The notes below the pieces were generated by a model. That model made no database searches, was not told the origin of the DNA, and saw only the letters and a list, made by a program, of their open reading frames with translations. This document shows positions 9,954 to 19,729 of a stretch of DNA of 64,000 nucleotides, in pieces. The DNA is from Deltaproteobacteria bacterium (lineage in GTDB: Bacteria; Bdellovibrionota_C; UBA2361; SZUA-149; JADZAE01), in assembly GCA_020852715.1 (NCBI GenBank), contig JADZAE010000060.1, forward strand, positions 8,786 to 72,785, written 5' to 3'. The position numbers and the translations under genes were made by a program. Position 1 is the first letter of the stretch. Each line of letters opens with the position of its first letter.

Positions 9954-10733
9954 GTGAAAAACTCTTCCCTGCTAACCGTCTTAATATTTAGCCTGATAGT
10001 AATATCGGGCTATTTTTTTGTGCGCCATAACTCGCTACTTAATCGCTCCGCGAATGGTCCGCTAAAGGATAATCAAAACACGAAACGGTCAGTGGTCGAG
10101 TTGACCGATTTTCCGGAAGCTTCGACCGGTAAGCAATCGATAGTTGAAAATCATAGTCAGCAGTTGGATTTAGCGGAAGAGGAGTTTTATCTGGTGACCT
10201 TAGAGTTTATGCTTGGTAATAAGCTAAACAGTGGGCAGCGCGTGAATTTGTTACAAAAATTCAATATGCAAACCTGGCCTTATGCCGGCTGGGCGATCGG
10301 TATAAAACAATATGATAAATGGATGCGTCCACAAATTTACTGGCGTGACGAGAACGAGGTCGGTGGTTGGTATGCGTTTGCTGAGTTTGATATTAAAGAA
10401 GGCGTTGTTTATCAGCTCAATGTGGTAATTGCGCCCCGACAGTATGCGACGATGTTTATTAAACCTCTCGTTCCGGCTCAGCCTAGTGAGGCGGTAGTGT
10501 TTTTAGGCGGGCAGGATATAGCTTCGATCAGTATTCCCAATACTTCACAAGCATTACAGGCTGGGATGGGCAAAGGTAAAGATGGTGAGGCCAATATTGT
10601 AGTGAACAAGCTAAGCATGTTTAAGTCTACTCAGCTTGCTGTTAGCAAAGATAAGCTAATGAGGTTATTTTCTTCCGAGGATTTTTTGAAGGACCTAAAG
10701 AACAATGGTGCTATATCACTAGTAGAGCGCTAG
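9954..10733 (+). CDS. Hypothetical signal-anchored protein.
   Basis: GTG start, N-terminal TM helix, no recognisable motif. Confidence 0.4.
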   Translation: MKNSSLLTVLIFSLIVISGYFFVRHNSLLNRSANGPLKDNQNTKRSVVELTDFPEASTGKQSIVENHSQQLDLAEEEFYLVTLEFMLGNKLNSGQRVNLLQKFNMQTWPYAGWAIGIKQYDKWMRPQIYWRDENEVGGWYAFAEFDIKEGVVYQLNVVIAPRQYATMFIKPLVPAQPSEAVVFLGGQDIASISIPNTSQALQAGMGKGKDGEANIVVNKLSMFKSTQLAVSKDKLMRLFSSEDFLKDLKNNGAISLVER

Positions 10734-10773
10734 TTGTGAAGTCGTTGCAGTGTATAGCTAAACGCAAAGTCGA

Positions 10774-13260
10774 ATGAATTCAAAGTCAATTGAAATTCTT
10801 GCTCCAGTTGCCAGCTGGGAAATGCTTAGAGCTGCCGTGCATAGCGGTGCCGGCGCTGTCTATTTTGGTATGCCGCAGTTTAATGCTCGGGGAAGAACGC
10901 CGGATGAGAGCTATGATGTAATTAAAGAATATATCGAATATGCCCATCTCTATGGAGTTAGGGCCTATGTTGCGTTTAATATCTTGATTTTTGAAACTGA
11001 GTTAAGCGCGGTAAAAGATGCGCTATACCGATTATTACAACATAGTCCCGATGCCGTGATTGTTCAAGATATTGGCTTGGCCTATTTGATTAAACAAATT
11101 GCTCCGCAGCAAGTTCTACATGCTTCCACACAAATGACAATTTCCTCGGCAGAAGCAATTAAAGCGACTGAGAGTCTGAATATTTCGCGTTATATACTGG
11201 CCCGTGAGCTTTCAGTAGAGCAAATAAAGCAGATTCGTCACGCCACGACCAAGGAGCTGGAAGTGTTTGTTCATGGAGCGTTGTGTATCGCTTATTCCGG
11301 ACAGTGTCTGACTTCGGAAAGCTTTGGTGGACGCTCCGGAAATCGTGGACAGTGCGCACAGTCTTGTCGTTTTGATTATGACTTAATCGTCGATGATCAG
11401 CAGATGAAATTAGGAACAAAGCGTTATCTTGTTTCGCCAAAGGATTTATCTGCGCTGAATGTGTTGCCGCAGTTAGTTGCTGCCGGTATCAATAATTTTA
11501 AGATTGAAGGACGTTATAAATCAGCGGAGTATGTGGTGCTGACCTGCCAAACATACGCGCAACTGGCTAACGGTCGGAAATTGGCCGATAACGCGGTTGA
11601 GGAATTATCTGTGCTATATTCGCGCGGATTTTCCAGCGGATGGCTGGAAGGGATCAATCATCAGCAAATGGTTGACGGTCGTTATGATAATCATCATGGC
11701 TTAGAAGCAGGTAAAGTTCTAAAAGTGAACGAAAGGTCGGTTACAGTTAGCTCGTGCCGTAGCTTAGAAAGGGGCGATGGAGTTTTATTCGTCGATTTTG
11801 AAAAGCAAATCGAAATAGGAAGTTTTGTCTATAAAAGCATTAAGATTAAAAGTGGTATTTGGAAACTTGAGCTGGCTAATGATTTCAAGTGGGGTAAAGT
11901 TAAGCCGGGGCAAAGTTTGTTTATCAATTCATCTAGTGTCTTGGAACAGGGTATTAAAGCCGCTTATCGTGACAAACATGGCCAGAAAAAAATCGCTTTG
12001 ACAGCAGATGTAAGCGGCGCCATAGCCGGCCCTTTGCGTGTTATTTATACAGATGCCGACGGTTTTGCAGTCAGTAAGGAATCAACGGATCTATTGGAGG
12101 AAGCACGGACAGCGCCGCTATCCCGCAGTTACTTAGAAGAAGAATTAGGAGCCCTTAGAGCCAGTGCTTTTGAATTAACCGATATCTCTTTTGATTTGCC
12201 GGAAAACTTTTATCTTCATCGGCGTAGCGTTAAAGTTATCAGACAGGAGGCGATCAAAGAATTAGAGGAAAAGCGCAAGAAGCCTTCCCCGTCGGTGTTG
12301 ACGGCGCTTGATGAAGTGAACGGTATTATTTATCGCGAAATGGCTGCATTTAAAATACTGACAGTGGATGGTGAGGCGCAGTTGAATGTGTTAGTGCGAA
12401 ATTCCTCGCAGCTTCAAGCATTGGCTGGATTAAAGCTAAATACTGTCTTTTTAGATTACGAATATGAGACTAAATATTCCGAGTCTATCGCTACGATTCG
12501 CGCACTTGGTTATAAAGTCGGTTTAGCGACGGCGCGCATCTATAAGCCCGGAGAAGAGAGTTATATAAAGCAAATAAAGCGCCTTGATCCAGATGTTGTC
12601 CTAGTGAGAAATCTTGGTGCCCTACATCTCTTAAGTGATAGTGAATTTTCGTTAAGCGGGGATTTTAGCTTAAACATTGCTAATAGTATCAGCGCTGCTT
12701 GGTTTCTCCGTCAGGGACTAAAAAGCTTATGTCCGTCCTATGATTTAAATTATCAACAACTATTTGATTTATTTGCCGCTATTGGCGGACAACATTTTGA
12801 GGTGACAGTGCATCAATATATGCCGGCATTCCATATGGATTATTGTTTGTTTGCTAATTATTTGTCGAAAGGCACAACTTTTCTTGATTGCGGTAAGCCA
12901 TGTGCTCGGCATCGGCTGGCGCTGCGAGATAGAACGGGGGCAATTCATCTCTTGAAGGCAGATAGTGAATGTCGAAATACTATGTTTAACGGGGTGGCCC
13001 AGTCGGCGGCGCAGGCTATTCCACAAATGCTTAAGCTTGGGGTAAAAAAGTTTCGCGTTGAGGCTTTAGACGAGAAAGCGAATATTTTACGAGATAAGAT
13101 AATAGCCTATCAGGGCATGTTATTTGATAATCAATCTTATGAGCAAGCATTTTTTCAATTAAAAATCCTCGAATGCTATGGTATAAGTGCCGGGCAGCTG
13201 GCAAATGATAAGGTCTATAAGTCGCGAAAGAAAAGTAGAAAGGAAGCAAATAATGGATAA
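10774..13260 (+). CDS. Peptidase U32 family protein (collagenase-like; long form with C-terminal extension).
   Basis: U32 N-terminal signature ILAPVASWEMLRAAVHSGAGAVYFGMPQFNARGR. 828 aa. Confidence 0.8.
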   Translation: MNSKSIEILAPVASWEMLRAAVHSGAGAVYFGMPQFNARGRTPDESYDVIKEYIEYAHLYGVRAYVAFNILIFETELSAVKDALYRLLQHSPDAVIVQDIGLAYLIKQIAPQQVLHASTQMTISSAEAIKATESLNISRYILARELSVEQIKQIRHATTKELEVFVHGALCIAYSGQCLTSESFGGRSGNRGQCAQSCRFDYDLIVDDQQMKLGTKRYLVSPKDLSALNVLPQLVAAGINNFKIEGRYKSAEYVVLTCQTYAQLANGRKLADNAVEELSVLYSRGFSSGWLEGINHQQMVDGRYDNHHGLEAGKVLKVNERSVTVSSCRSLERGDGVLFVDFEKQIEIGSFVYKSIKIKSGIWKLELANDFKWGKVKPGQSLFINSSSVLEQGIKAAYRDKHGQKKIALTADVSGAIAGPLRVIYTDADGFAVSKESTDLLEEARTAPLSRSYLEEELGALRASAFELTDISFDLPENFYLHRRSVKVIRQEAIKELEEKRKKPSPSVLTALDEVNGIIYREMAAFKILTVDGEAQLNVLVRNSSQLQALAGLKLNTVFLDYEYETKYSESIATIRALGYKVGLATARIYKPGEESYIKQIKRLDPDVVLVRNLGALHLLSDSEFSLSGDFSLNIANSISAAWFLRQGLKSLCPSYDLNYQQLFDLFAAIGGQHFEVTVHQYMPAFHMDYCLFANYLSKGTTFLDCGKPCARHRLALRDRTGAIHLLKADSECRNTMFNGVAQSAAQAIPQMLKLGVKKFRVEALDEKANILRDKIIAYQGMLFDNQSYEQAFFQLKILECYGISAGQLANDKVYKSRKKSRKEANNG

Positions 13261-13897
13261 AAGAGTGAGCATAGTTTGGGATTGGAACGGTACTATTATT
13301 GACGATTTGGAGTATTGCGTTTCAGTGCTTAATTATTTTTTATCGGCGCGTGCGATGAAGACAATAGATGTTGAATTCTATCGCAATAATTTTACTTTTC
13401 CGGTTATCGACTTTTATAAGTCCATGGGCTTCGATCTCCAGAACGAAGATATGATTGCTATTTCTAAGGATTGGAATGATCTCTATTACTCCAATGTCAA
13501 TTGTTGTCAATTGCGCTCGGGGGTGCGGGAAATAATTTATTATTTCAAGGAAAAAGACTTTTCTCAGTATATCGTCTCGGCGTCCGAGCATAATATGCTA
13601 AATCGCATTGTCGATTCTTTTAATCTTCGCCCATATTTTCAGAATGTCATGGGAATTGACAATCATCAAGCAAGAGGAAAGTTGCACCTGGCGGAGAAAA
13701 TTAAAGAAGAACTACGCCCGACAGAGATGTATGTTATCGGCGACTCTATTCATGATTATGAATTAAGCTGTTATTTGGGTGCGCAGTCTATTTTAGTGAA
13801 CAATGGCCACCAGTCCGAAGAAAAGCTGCGCACATGCAGCAAGGCAATAATAGTAAACGACTTTGCTGAAATTAAGGCACTGTTTAATTCCAATTGA
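13253..13897 (+). CDS. HAD-superfamily hydrolase.
   Basis: HAD motif I variant (VWDWNGTIIDD) and a later …YVIGDSIHD… motif. AGGAAG lies 7 nt upstream. The start overlaps the stop of the upstream gene (ATGGATAA). Confidence 0.65.
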   Translation: MDKRVSIVWDWNGTIIDDLEYCVSVLNYFLSARAMKTIDVEFYRNNFTFPVIDFYKSMGFDLQNEDMIAISKDWNDLYYSNVNCCQLRSGVREIIYYFKEKDFSQYIVSASEHNMLNRIVDSFNLRPYFQNVMGIDNHQARGKLHLAEKIKEELRPTEMYVIGDSIHDYELSCYLGAQSILVNNGHQSEEKLRTCSKAIIVNDFAEIKALFNSN

Positions 13898-14112
13898 CCA
13901 ATAGTATAAGATCTTTTTATCACTCAAGATATGGTTTGTGAAATTGTCCTAGCTACTGAAGGACAATGCTTTGTCCTCCCGCAAAATTAGATTTCGTCTT
14001 ATAAATTATTTACACGATGCGTGTATATGTATGATACTAATATTTGCCGATAAAGTTTTAATGGAGGAAGGAGCATGGCTGGAAATGGCGTTACCTCTCC
14101 AGCCATGTAAAA

Positions 14113-14580
14113 TTATTTATCACTATCGAGTGTGCAGAAGTTAAATATGAATGTGGTGGCTAAATTTTTAATTTTGTTTGCTTGTTGCGCGTAAAGTTTA
14201 TCGAACTCAGCGGAGCTCACTGTGTTAGTAATTAATTTAGGGTAATAAAAGGAGATTGGTTGAAATCTAATTTTTTTACCTTCATCCATATCATAAGTAT
14301 TAAGTGTATAAGAGCAGAGGATCTTTCCTGTGCTGCTTTGTTTTAAAGTCGGGGCATTTGGAATAGAGGCGCATGTATCATCCCCATTAGATGGATTAAT
14401 TTGTGAGACAGTAAGATAATATGCACCAGACTTTAGTGAGGCAGCAGTGCTTAATTCATTGCTATTACTTACGAATACTGGGCAAGGACATTTGCAATAG
14501 TATGGTGTATCGATAGCTTGAGCATTATTAACGAGTGCACTTGAAAGTAGCGCTAATGATAAATAAAAATTTTTATTCAT
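14113..14580 (-). CDS. Secreted Cys-rich hypothetical protein.
   Basis: Signal peptide MNKNFYLSLALLSSALVNNAQA. The CKCPCP motif. Confidence 0.45.
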   Translation of the reverse strand: MNKNFYLSLALLSSALVNNAQAIDTPYYCKCPCPVFVSNSNELSTAASLKSGAYYLTVSQINPSNGDDTCASIPNAPTLKQSSTGKILCSYTLNTYDMDEGKKIRFQPISFYYPKLITNTVSSAEFDKLYAQQANKIKNLATTFIFNFCTLDSDK

Positions 14581-14744
14581 AAAACCTCGCAAAAGATGTT
14601 TAACCAAAAAGCCAAACTCACATACCAAACCCATGGGGAGTTACAGATGAACCTTACAAATACTAAATCAGCTCAACGAGCATAGCTTCAAAAATTCTAT
14701 AAAAAAGTTCTCAGAGGAAGTGTTTAATGCGTGATATTAGTAGG

Positions 14745-14932
14745 GGGTTTGGCATCTATGGCCCGAAGATCTGGCGCGCTAACGTTGATAATGTCAGCTA
14801 CCGTGTGCGGCTATGCCGCCAACTGCCGAGGATACGTGCGGCGCAGGCGAACCAGCTGTTTACAGCATGTCTCGCGTTCCACAAGCGTTTGTAAAATTAT
14901 TTGCTTCCGTGGCGGCGAAGGCGAGGAGGAAT
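14745..14932. repeat. GC-rich intergenic repeat, copy B.
   Basis: Shares its 5' and 3' modules with copy A. The core carries an internal deletion relative to A, C and D. Confidence 0.7.
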
Positions 14933-14998
14933 TTTAAGTTGACTATGTTGTTACTCTTCATTGCGCTCGGGGGAGGTGGTGATTAAGTAGTTAATGGG

Positions 14999-15466
14999 TT
15001 AACTGGTTATGCCTAATTGGCGACGAGCTTCGTAGAGGACTATGCTCACGGAGTTGGCAAGGTTTAACGAGCGCACATTGGGGTTGTCCATGGGTATGCG
15101 CATACGCTGCGCCGGATAGGCGTCGCGAATTTCTTCCGGTAGGCCAACCGTTTCAGCTCCGAATACGAGAAAGTCGCCGTCTTTGAATTCGGCGTGGTAA
15201 AAGGATGAGTTAGCTTTTTTTGTTAATAGCCAAAGCTGTTCCGGCGTGGCATTTGTAACAGCTAAAAAATCTTGCCATGATTTATGACTGGTTAGGTGTA
15301 TTTCGGGCCAGTAATCTAATCCTGCTCTTTTTACGCGTGCGCTGGTTATCTCGAACCCCAGCGGTTCAATTAAGTGCAGGTGAGAATTTGTCGCGGCCGC
15401 AAGGCGCCCTATGTTACCAGTATTTTGTGGGATAACCGGATGGACTAGGACTATGTTTAAGGACAT
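14999..15466 (-). CDS. trmL: tRNA (cytidine/uridine-2'-O)-methyltransferase TrmL (SpoU family).
   Basis: MSLNIVLVHPVIPQNTGNIGRLAAATNSHLHLIEPLGF. Confidence 0.85.
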   Translation of the reverse strand: MSLNIVLVHPVIPQNTGNIGRLAAATNSHLHLIEPLGFEITSARVKRAGLDYWPEIHLTSHKSWQDFLAVTNATPEQLWLLTKKANSSFYHAEFKDGDFLVFGAETVGLPEEIRDAYPAQRMRIPMDNPNVRSLNLANSVSIVLYEARRQLGITS

Positions 15467-15633
15467 AATTTTGACAATAAAGCTTAGTATCTCTGTATGC
15501 TAGATTCTGGCTTTTGCCCCAATTAAGACTTAAAATCAACCCCATTTGTTTTGTATAAAGACGGCTTGCCTAAATAAGACTTATAGGCAAAATTACTAAA
15601 GCGCATAGAAGCTTATTTGCTAGGGAGATCAAT

Positions 15634-16839
15634 ATGAGCAATTTTCAAAATCAACGAGGGAGTGTGCGGTCAATGCTACTTTCTATAATAATCCTGCTAA
15701 TTGTCCTCTGGGGTGGGGCCTATTTTGTTTTTGGGACAGTAGTTCCGCCAAATTATATCGGTATCAGGCAGAATTATTTTGGCACCTTTATGTGGGGGGA
15801 GAAGGGCTTTTTAGAGAAAGGTTTAGAACCAGGGTTACATATTAAAGTTCCTTTTATCACAACCATTCATTTAATTCCTCGCGATTTTCAGTTTATTCAT
15901 TTTTTAACAGATGAATTGGATAATATGCAAAAGGTGAATCGGCGCGCGCTGACTAGCGATTTTTTGCCGCAGTGGATGTGGAATGAAATTAAAGTTGAGG
16001 AACCTTTGGATATCCCAACTGCAGATGGATCTAAAGTGCGCACTGAGGTGACGCTAATATTGCGTTATTTCGATGCGAGTTTTAAAAATGCTGCTAATGA
16101 GGTAGCAGAAAATCCAACGATGAAAACCGAGACCACAGAAGCTATCCCCATGCCGCATTTTGTGGAACGAACCCACGGTGGACCGGGTGATTTGGTAAAT
16201 ACTTATACGATAGATAGAAAACTTCAGCTTTCGCGTATTGCTCAGATTGCTGAGAATGAAGTTAAGAAGTCTTTGAGTTTTTTATCAACACTTAACTATT
16301 ATGATCCGGTTGCTCGCGAGACTCGTGTGTTGAGAGCACAGGACAACATTAGTAATGCCGTTAATACTGCAGGGGTTGAAATATGGGGCACGCTAATACG
16401 GCGTTACTTATATCAGGATCAGGCTATTGACGATCAGATATACGAGAAGAATCTACAAGAACAGCAAGAGGCGCTCAATCGCTCATTTCGCGATTTGTCG
16501 GAACAAAAGGCAATTACGGAGCAGCAATTAGCCGAATGGGACGCCAAAATTAATGTGCTGAATGTAACCGGCGAAACTCAGGCTAAAGTTATACGATCTC
16601 AGGGAAATCTGCATCAGGCACAGAAGGCTGCGGAAGGTGATTTAAAAATCGCTGAAGCCAAAGCGAGAGTTGATTCCGAGCGCGCCCATGTTCTCTCGGC
16701 AGTGAGTGGTGCCGATGTATATGTAGCCAGGGAAATGCTGCCATTTATTGGCAGCTTAAGTGGTGGCATTGTTGGCGGATTTGATCCATTTGATATCAAC
16801 AAATGGCTTAATCGTTTAGTTAGTAGCAAGTCTGAGTAA
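15634..16839 (+). CDS. SPFH/band-7 domain membrane protein (HflK/HflC-like).
   Basis: N-terminal TM helix followed by an SPFH-like core and a coiled-coil C-terminus. Confidence 0.55.
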   Translation: MSNFQNQRGSVRSMLLSIIILLIVLWGGAYFVFGTVVPPNYIGIRQNYFGTFMWGEKGFLEKGLEPGLHIKVPFITTIHLIPRDFQFIHFLTDELDNMQKVNRRALTSDFLPQWMWNEIKVEEPLDIPTADGSKVRTEVTLILRYFDASFKNAANEVAENPTMKTETTEAIPMPHFVERTHGGPGDLVNTYTIDRKLQLSRIAQIAENEVKKSLSFLSTLNYYDPVARETRVLRAQDNISNAVNTAGVEIWGTLIRRYLYQDQAIDDQIYEKNLQEQQEALNRSFRDLSEQKAITEQQLAEWDAKINVLNVTGETQAKVIRSQGNLHQAQKAAEGDLKIAEAKARVDSERAHVLSAVSGADVYVAREMLPFIGSLSGGIVGGFDPFDINKWLNRLVSSKSE

Positions 16840-16852
16840 GGAGAAATCTAAG

Positions 16853-17935
16853 ATGAAAAACATAATGTTAATTTTCGCTATGGCCTTGCTTCTAACAGGC
16901 TGTAATTCGGGGTTTCAGAAAATGGAAGCCGGAGAGTATGGCGTGCGATTTCGAGCCCTGCCTGCAATGTTGGGTGGCGGTATTTCAAAAAATGTCATTG
17001 CCCCGGGAGAAATGGAATTTATTTATCCTTGGGAAACAATTTATCGTGTGGATACCACAGTGCAATCTATCGGCTGGGGAGGAATGAATCAGGGAGAGAA
17101 CAAAAGTCAGGCAGATTATATTCATACTCGAGCAAAAGATGGTAACGAAGTTGGTCTAGCTATTAATACCCAATTCCATATAGATCCCAAAATGGTTAGT
17201 CATGTTGTGCAGTATGTGGGCATAGATAAAGTTAAGCCACTTGTGGCTGCGGTAGCCCGAGCTGATGTGAGAACACACATGAACGCTTTGTACACTTCCG
17301 GGTTTATTAATCCAAATGAGCGAAGTGAAGTATTAAAAGCGGTAAAACATGCTATTAACCACCGTTTGTCCCGAGAGGGAATTATAATTGATGAGGTTAT
17401 TTACGTCGACCATCGCTTTGAAAGAAAATTGGCCGATGGGCAAATTGTGGATAAATACCAGCAAATAATCGATAATACGCAAGCTAAGCGCCAAGAAGTT
17501 CTCAGAGAACCCAAGCAGCGTGAAGCACAAATCAAAGATAAAGAAAAAGCATTCTTTGATGCACAGGCCAATGTTAATAAACTTTTAGAAGAGGCCAAAG
17601 GCTATGAAGCCCAAGCCTCGATGCGTGGTGAGAATTATCTAAAAGAAAAGCAAAATGTGGCTGATCAGATATTGGCTACCGGGCTAGCTGAGGTGGAGGG
17701 ACTAAAGAAACAGGTGGCTGCTCTAAGCGGAGAGGGAGGAAAGGCCTTATTACGTCTAAGTATCGCTCGTGAGCTAGCGCAGAATGATGCTAAGTTCGTT
17801 ATGCTTAATACCGGTGACAAGGGAAATGCCTTTGATGTCAATCGTGTGGATAGCAACGAGTTAATTAGACAAATGGGATTGGCTACAATGGCGCAAGAAG
17901 CTGTGAAAACTGAGAAAGAAAATGAAAAGAAATAA
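16853..17935 (+). CDS. SPFH-domain lipoprotein; partner of the upstream SPFH protein.
   Basis: Lipobox LLLTGC, an SPFH-like region and a coiled-coil C-terminus. The 3' end overlaps mdh by 14 nt. Confidence 0.5.
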   Translation: MKNIMLIFAMALLLTGCNSGFQKMEAGEYGVRFRALPAMLGGGISKNVIAPGEMEFIYPWETIYRVDTTVQSIGWGGMNQGENKSQADYIHTRAKDGNEVGLAINTQFHIDPKMVSHVVQYVGIDKVKPLVAAVARADVRTHMNALYTSGFINPNERSEVLKAVKHAINHRLSREGIIIDEVIYVDHRFERKLADGQIVDKYQQIIDNTQAKRQEVLREPKQREAQIKDKEKAFFDAQANVNKLLEEAKGYEAQASMRGENYLKEKQNVADQILATGLAEVEGLKKQVAALSGEGGKALLRLSIARELAQNDAKFVMLNTGDKGNAFDVNRVDSNELIRQMGLATMAQEAVKTEKENEKK

Positions 17936-18851
17936 AATAGCTTTAATCGGCGGCGGTAATATCGGCGGCAATCTTGCTTATTTGTCCTGCATTAAAGAGT
18001 TAGGCGATATTGTGCTTTTTGATGTTGTCGAAGGCATGCCGCAAGGTAAAGCGCAGGATATTATGCATGGCGGGGCTATTTTTAATTCCAGCGTAAATGT
18101 TACCGGCACAAATAACTTTGCTGACATTGCCGGTGCGGATGTGGTGATAGTTACGGCGGGCATTCCGCGCAAGCCAGGCATGAGCCGCGATGATTTAATT
18201 GCTACCAATGCCGGAATCATGAAGGCAGTAGCCAAGAACATTAAAATCTATGCGGCCAATGCTTTTGTCATAGTTGTCTCAAACCCGCTTGATGCTATGG
18301 TTACGCTTTGTCAAAAAGAAAGTGGCTTAGCACCGAACATGGTTGTGGGTATGGCCGGCGTGTTAGACTCGGGCAGATACCGCACATGGTTAGCCGAGGC
18401 TCTTAATACTTCACCGGCTTCTATTCATGCCTTGGTTTTAGGTGGGCATGGCGATGATATGGTGCCGATTCGCTCTAAAACAACTGTAAATGGAATTCCC
18501 GTGGAGAGTTTATTAAGCACAGATAAACTAGATGCTATCGAAAAGCGCGTTTGTGGCGCCGGTGGGGAAATAGTGGCGTTATTAAAAATAGGCTCGGCGT
18601 TTTATTCTCCCGCCGCAGCAGCTATTGAAATGGCTGAGAGTTATTTAAAAGATCAAAAGAAAGTTCTTCCCTGCGCGGCTTATCTTACCGGGCAATATGG
18701 AGAAGAAGGAATTTATCTTGGCGTGCCGGTGAAAATCGGTGCCGGGGGGGTAGAGAAAATCATCGAAATAGATCTAACTGCTAAAGAGAAAGAAGCTCTG
18801 TCCACCAGTGCCTCGCGCGTTCGAGAGTTGGTCGCTCTGTTGCCAAATTGA
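17922..18851 (+). CDS. mdh: Malate dehydrogenase (LDH-like family).
   Basis: KIALIGGGNIGGNLAYL Rossmann fold, GIPRKPGMSRDDL and NPLDAMV. Confidence 0.9.
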   Translation: MKRNKIALIGGGNIGGNLAYLSCIKELGDIVLFDVVEGMPQGKAQDIMHGGAIFNSSVNVTGTNNFADIAGADVVIVTAGIPRKPGMSRDDLIATNAGIMKAVAKNIKIYAANAFVIVVSNPLDAMVTLCQKESGLAPNMVVGMAGVLDSGRYRTWLAEALNTSPASIHALVLGGHGDDMVPIRSKTTVNGIPVESLLSTDKLDAIEKRVCGAGGEIVALLKIGSAFYSPAAAAIEMAESYLKDQKKVLPCAAYLTGQYGEEGIYLGVPVKIGAGGVEKIIEIDLTAKEKEALSTSASRVRELVALLPN

Positions 18852-18868
18852 AGTTTCGTATAGCAATT

Positions 18869-19269
18869 TTAGGGTATGCGGCGCGAGAGTCTTATACACA
18901 AGTTGCTCACTAAGAATGTCGTTTTTAATTTTGCTACAAAATGACTATACGCAACAAAAGAGATGTCCTCTGTGGAGCGCGAGCCATGTTGCGAAGCGAC
19001 TGGGTCGCTTGAGGATCGCGGAAAAACTGTATTTCTCGGCATTAGTCGCCACATTTAAGGTCATTGGGAAACCGACACGGAGGCGACCCTGTTGTTCGCT
19101 CGCGCTCACATCATGGGTCGCGTTCCACAATACGTCATGCAAATTTAGGAGTTCGTGGAGCTCACGCTAGAGCCTCTTGAAGGCGCTCTTTCACGACTTG
19201 TGTATATGAATCAGCGTTCTGCGTGCCCTAAGCCTACTTGATGAATAGGTGTTATTTTGCTATACGCAA
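18869..19269. repeat. MITE-like GC-rich element, copy C. It fills the whole mdh-ndk intergenic region.
   Basis: Imperfect terminal inverted repeats: ttagggtatgcg…tatacacaagt (18869-18903) and acttgtgtata…gcgtgccctaa (19196-19231). A direct repeat attttgcta[+9]tatacgcaa (18928-18954) matches attttgctatacgcaa (19254-19269). Conserved core at ~19087-19125. Confidence 0.6.
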
Positions 19270-19303
19270 GCCTCTAATTTTTAAGGAAAATAAGGAGTGT
19301 ATT

Positions 19304-19711
19304 ATGGCTATTGAAAGAACTTTATCTATTGTTAAACCTGATGCGGTTAGAAGAAATTTGATTGGCAAAATTATCGATCGCTTTGAGAGTAATGGTTTAA
19401 AAATCGCAGCTATGCGTATGCATCATTTGTCGAAAGCCGAGGCAGAAGGCTTTTATGCTGTGCATAAAGAAAGGCCTTTTTATGCAAGCCTTTGTGAGTT
19501 CATGACTTCCGGTCCAGTGGTTATTTCTGTGCTGGAAGGTGAGGGAGCTGTGCAAAAGAACCGTGATATTATGGGCGCTACAGATCCTAAAAAAGCTGCA
19601 TCTAATACAATCAGAGCAGACTTTGCTGAAAGCGTAGAGGCAAACTCTGTGCATGGTTCTGATTCTGTGGAAAACGCTAAGATCGAGATATCCTTCTTCT
19701 TCCCACAGTGA
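19304..19711 (+). CDS. ndk: Nucleoside diphosphate kinase.
   Basis: [15 protein letters not shown]…, [17 protein letters not shown] upstream of 19304; the ORF-track start at 19238 lies inside the repeat. Confidence 0.9.
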   Translation: MAIERTLSIVKPDAVRRNLIGKIIDRFESNGLKIAAMRMHHLSKAEAEGFYAVHKERPFYASLCEFMTSGPVVISVLEGEGAVQKNRDIMGATDPKKAASNTIRADFAESVEANSVHGSDSVENAKIEISFFFPQ

Positions 19712-19729
19712 TAATTGTCTAGGGGTCGT

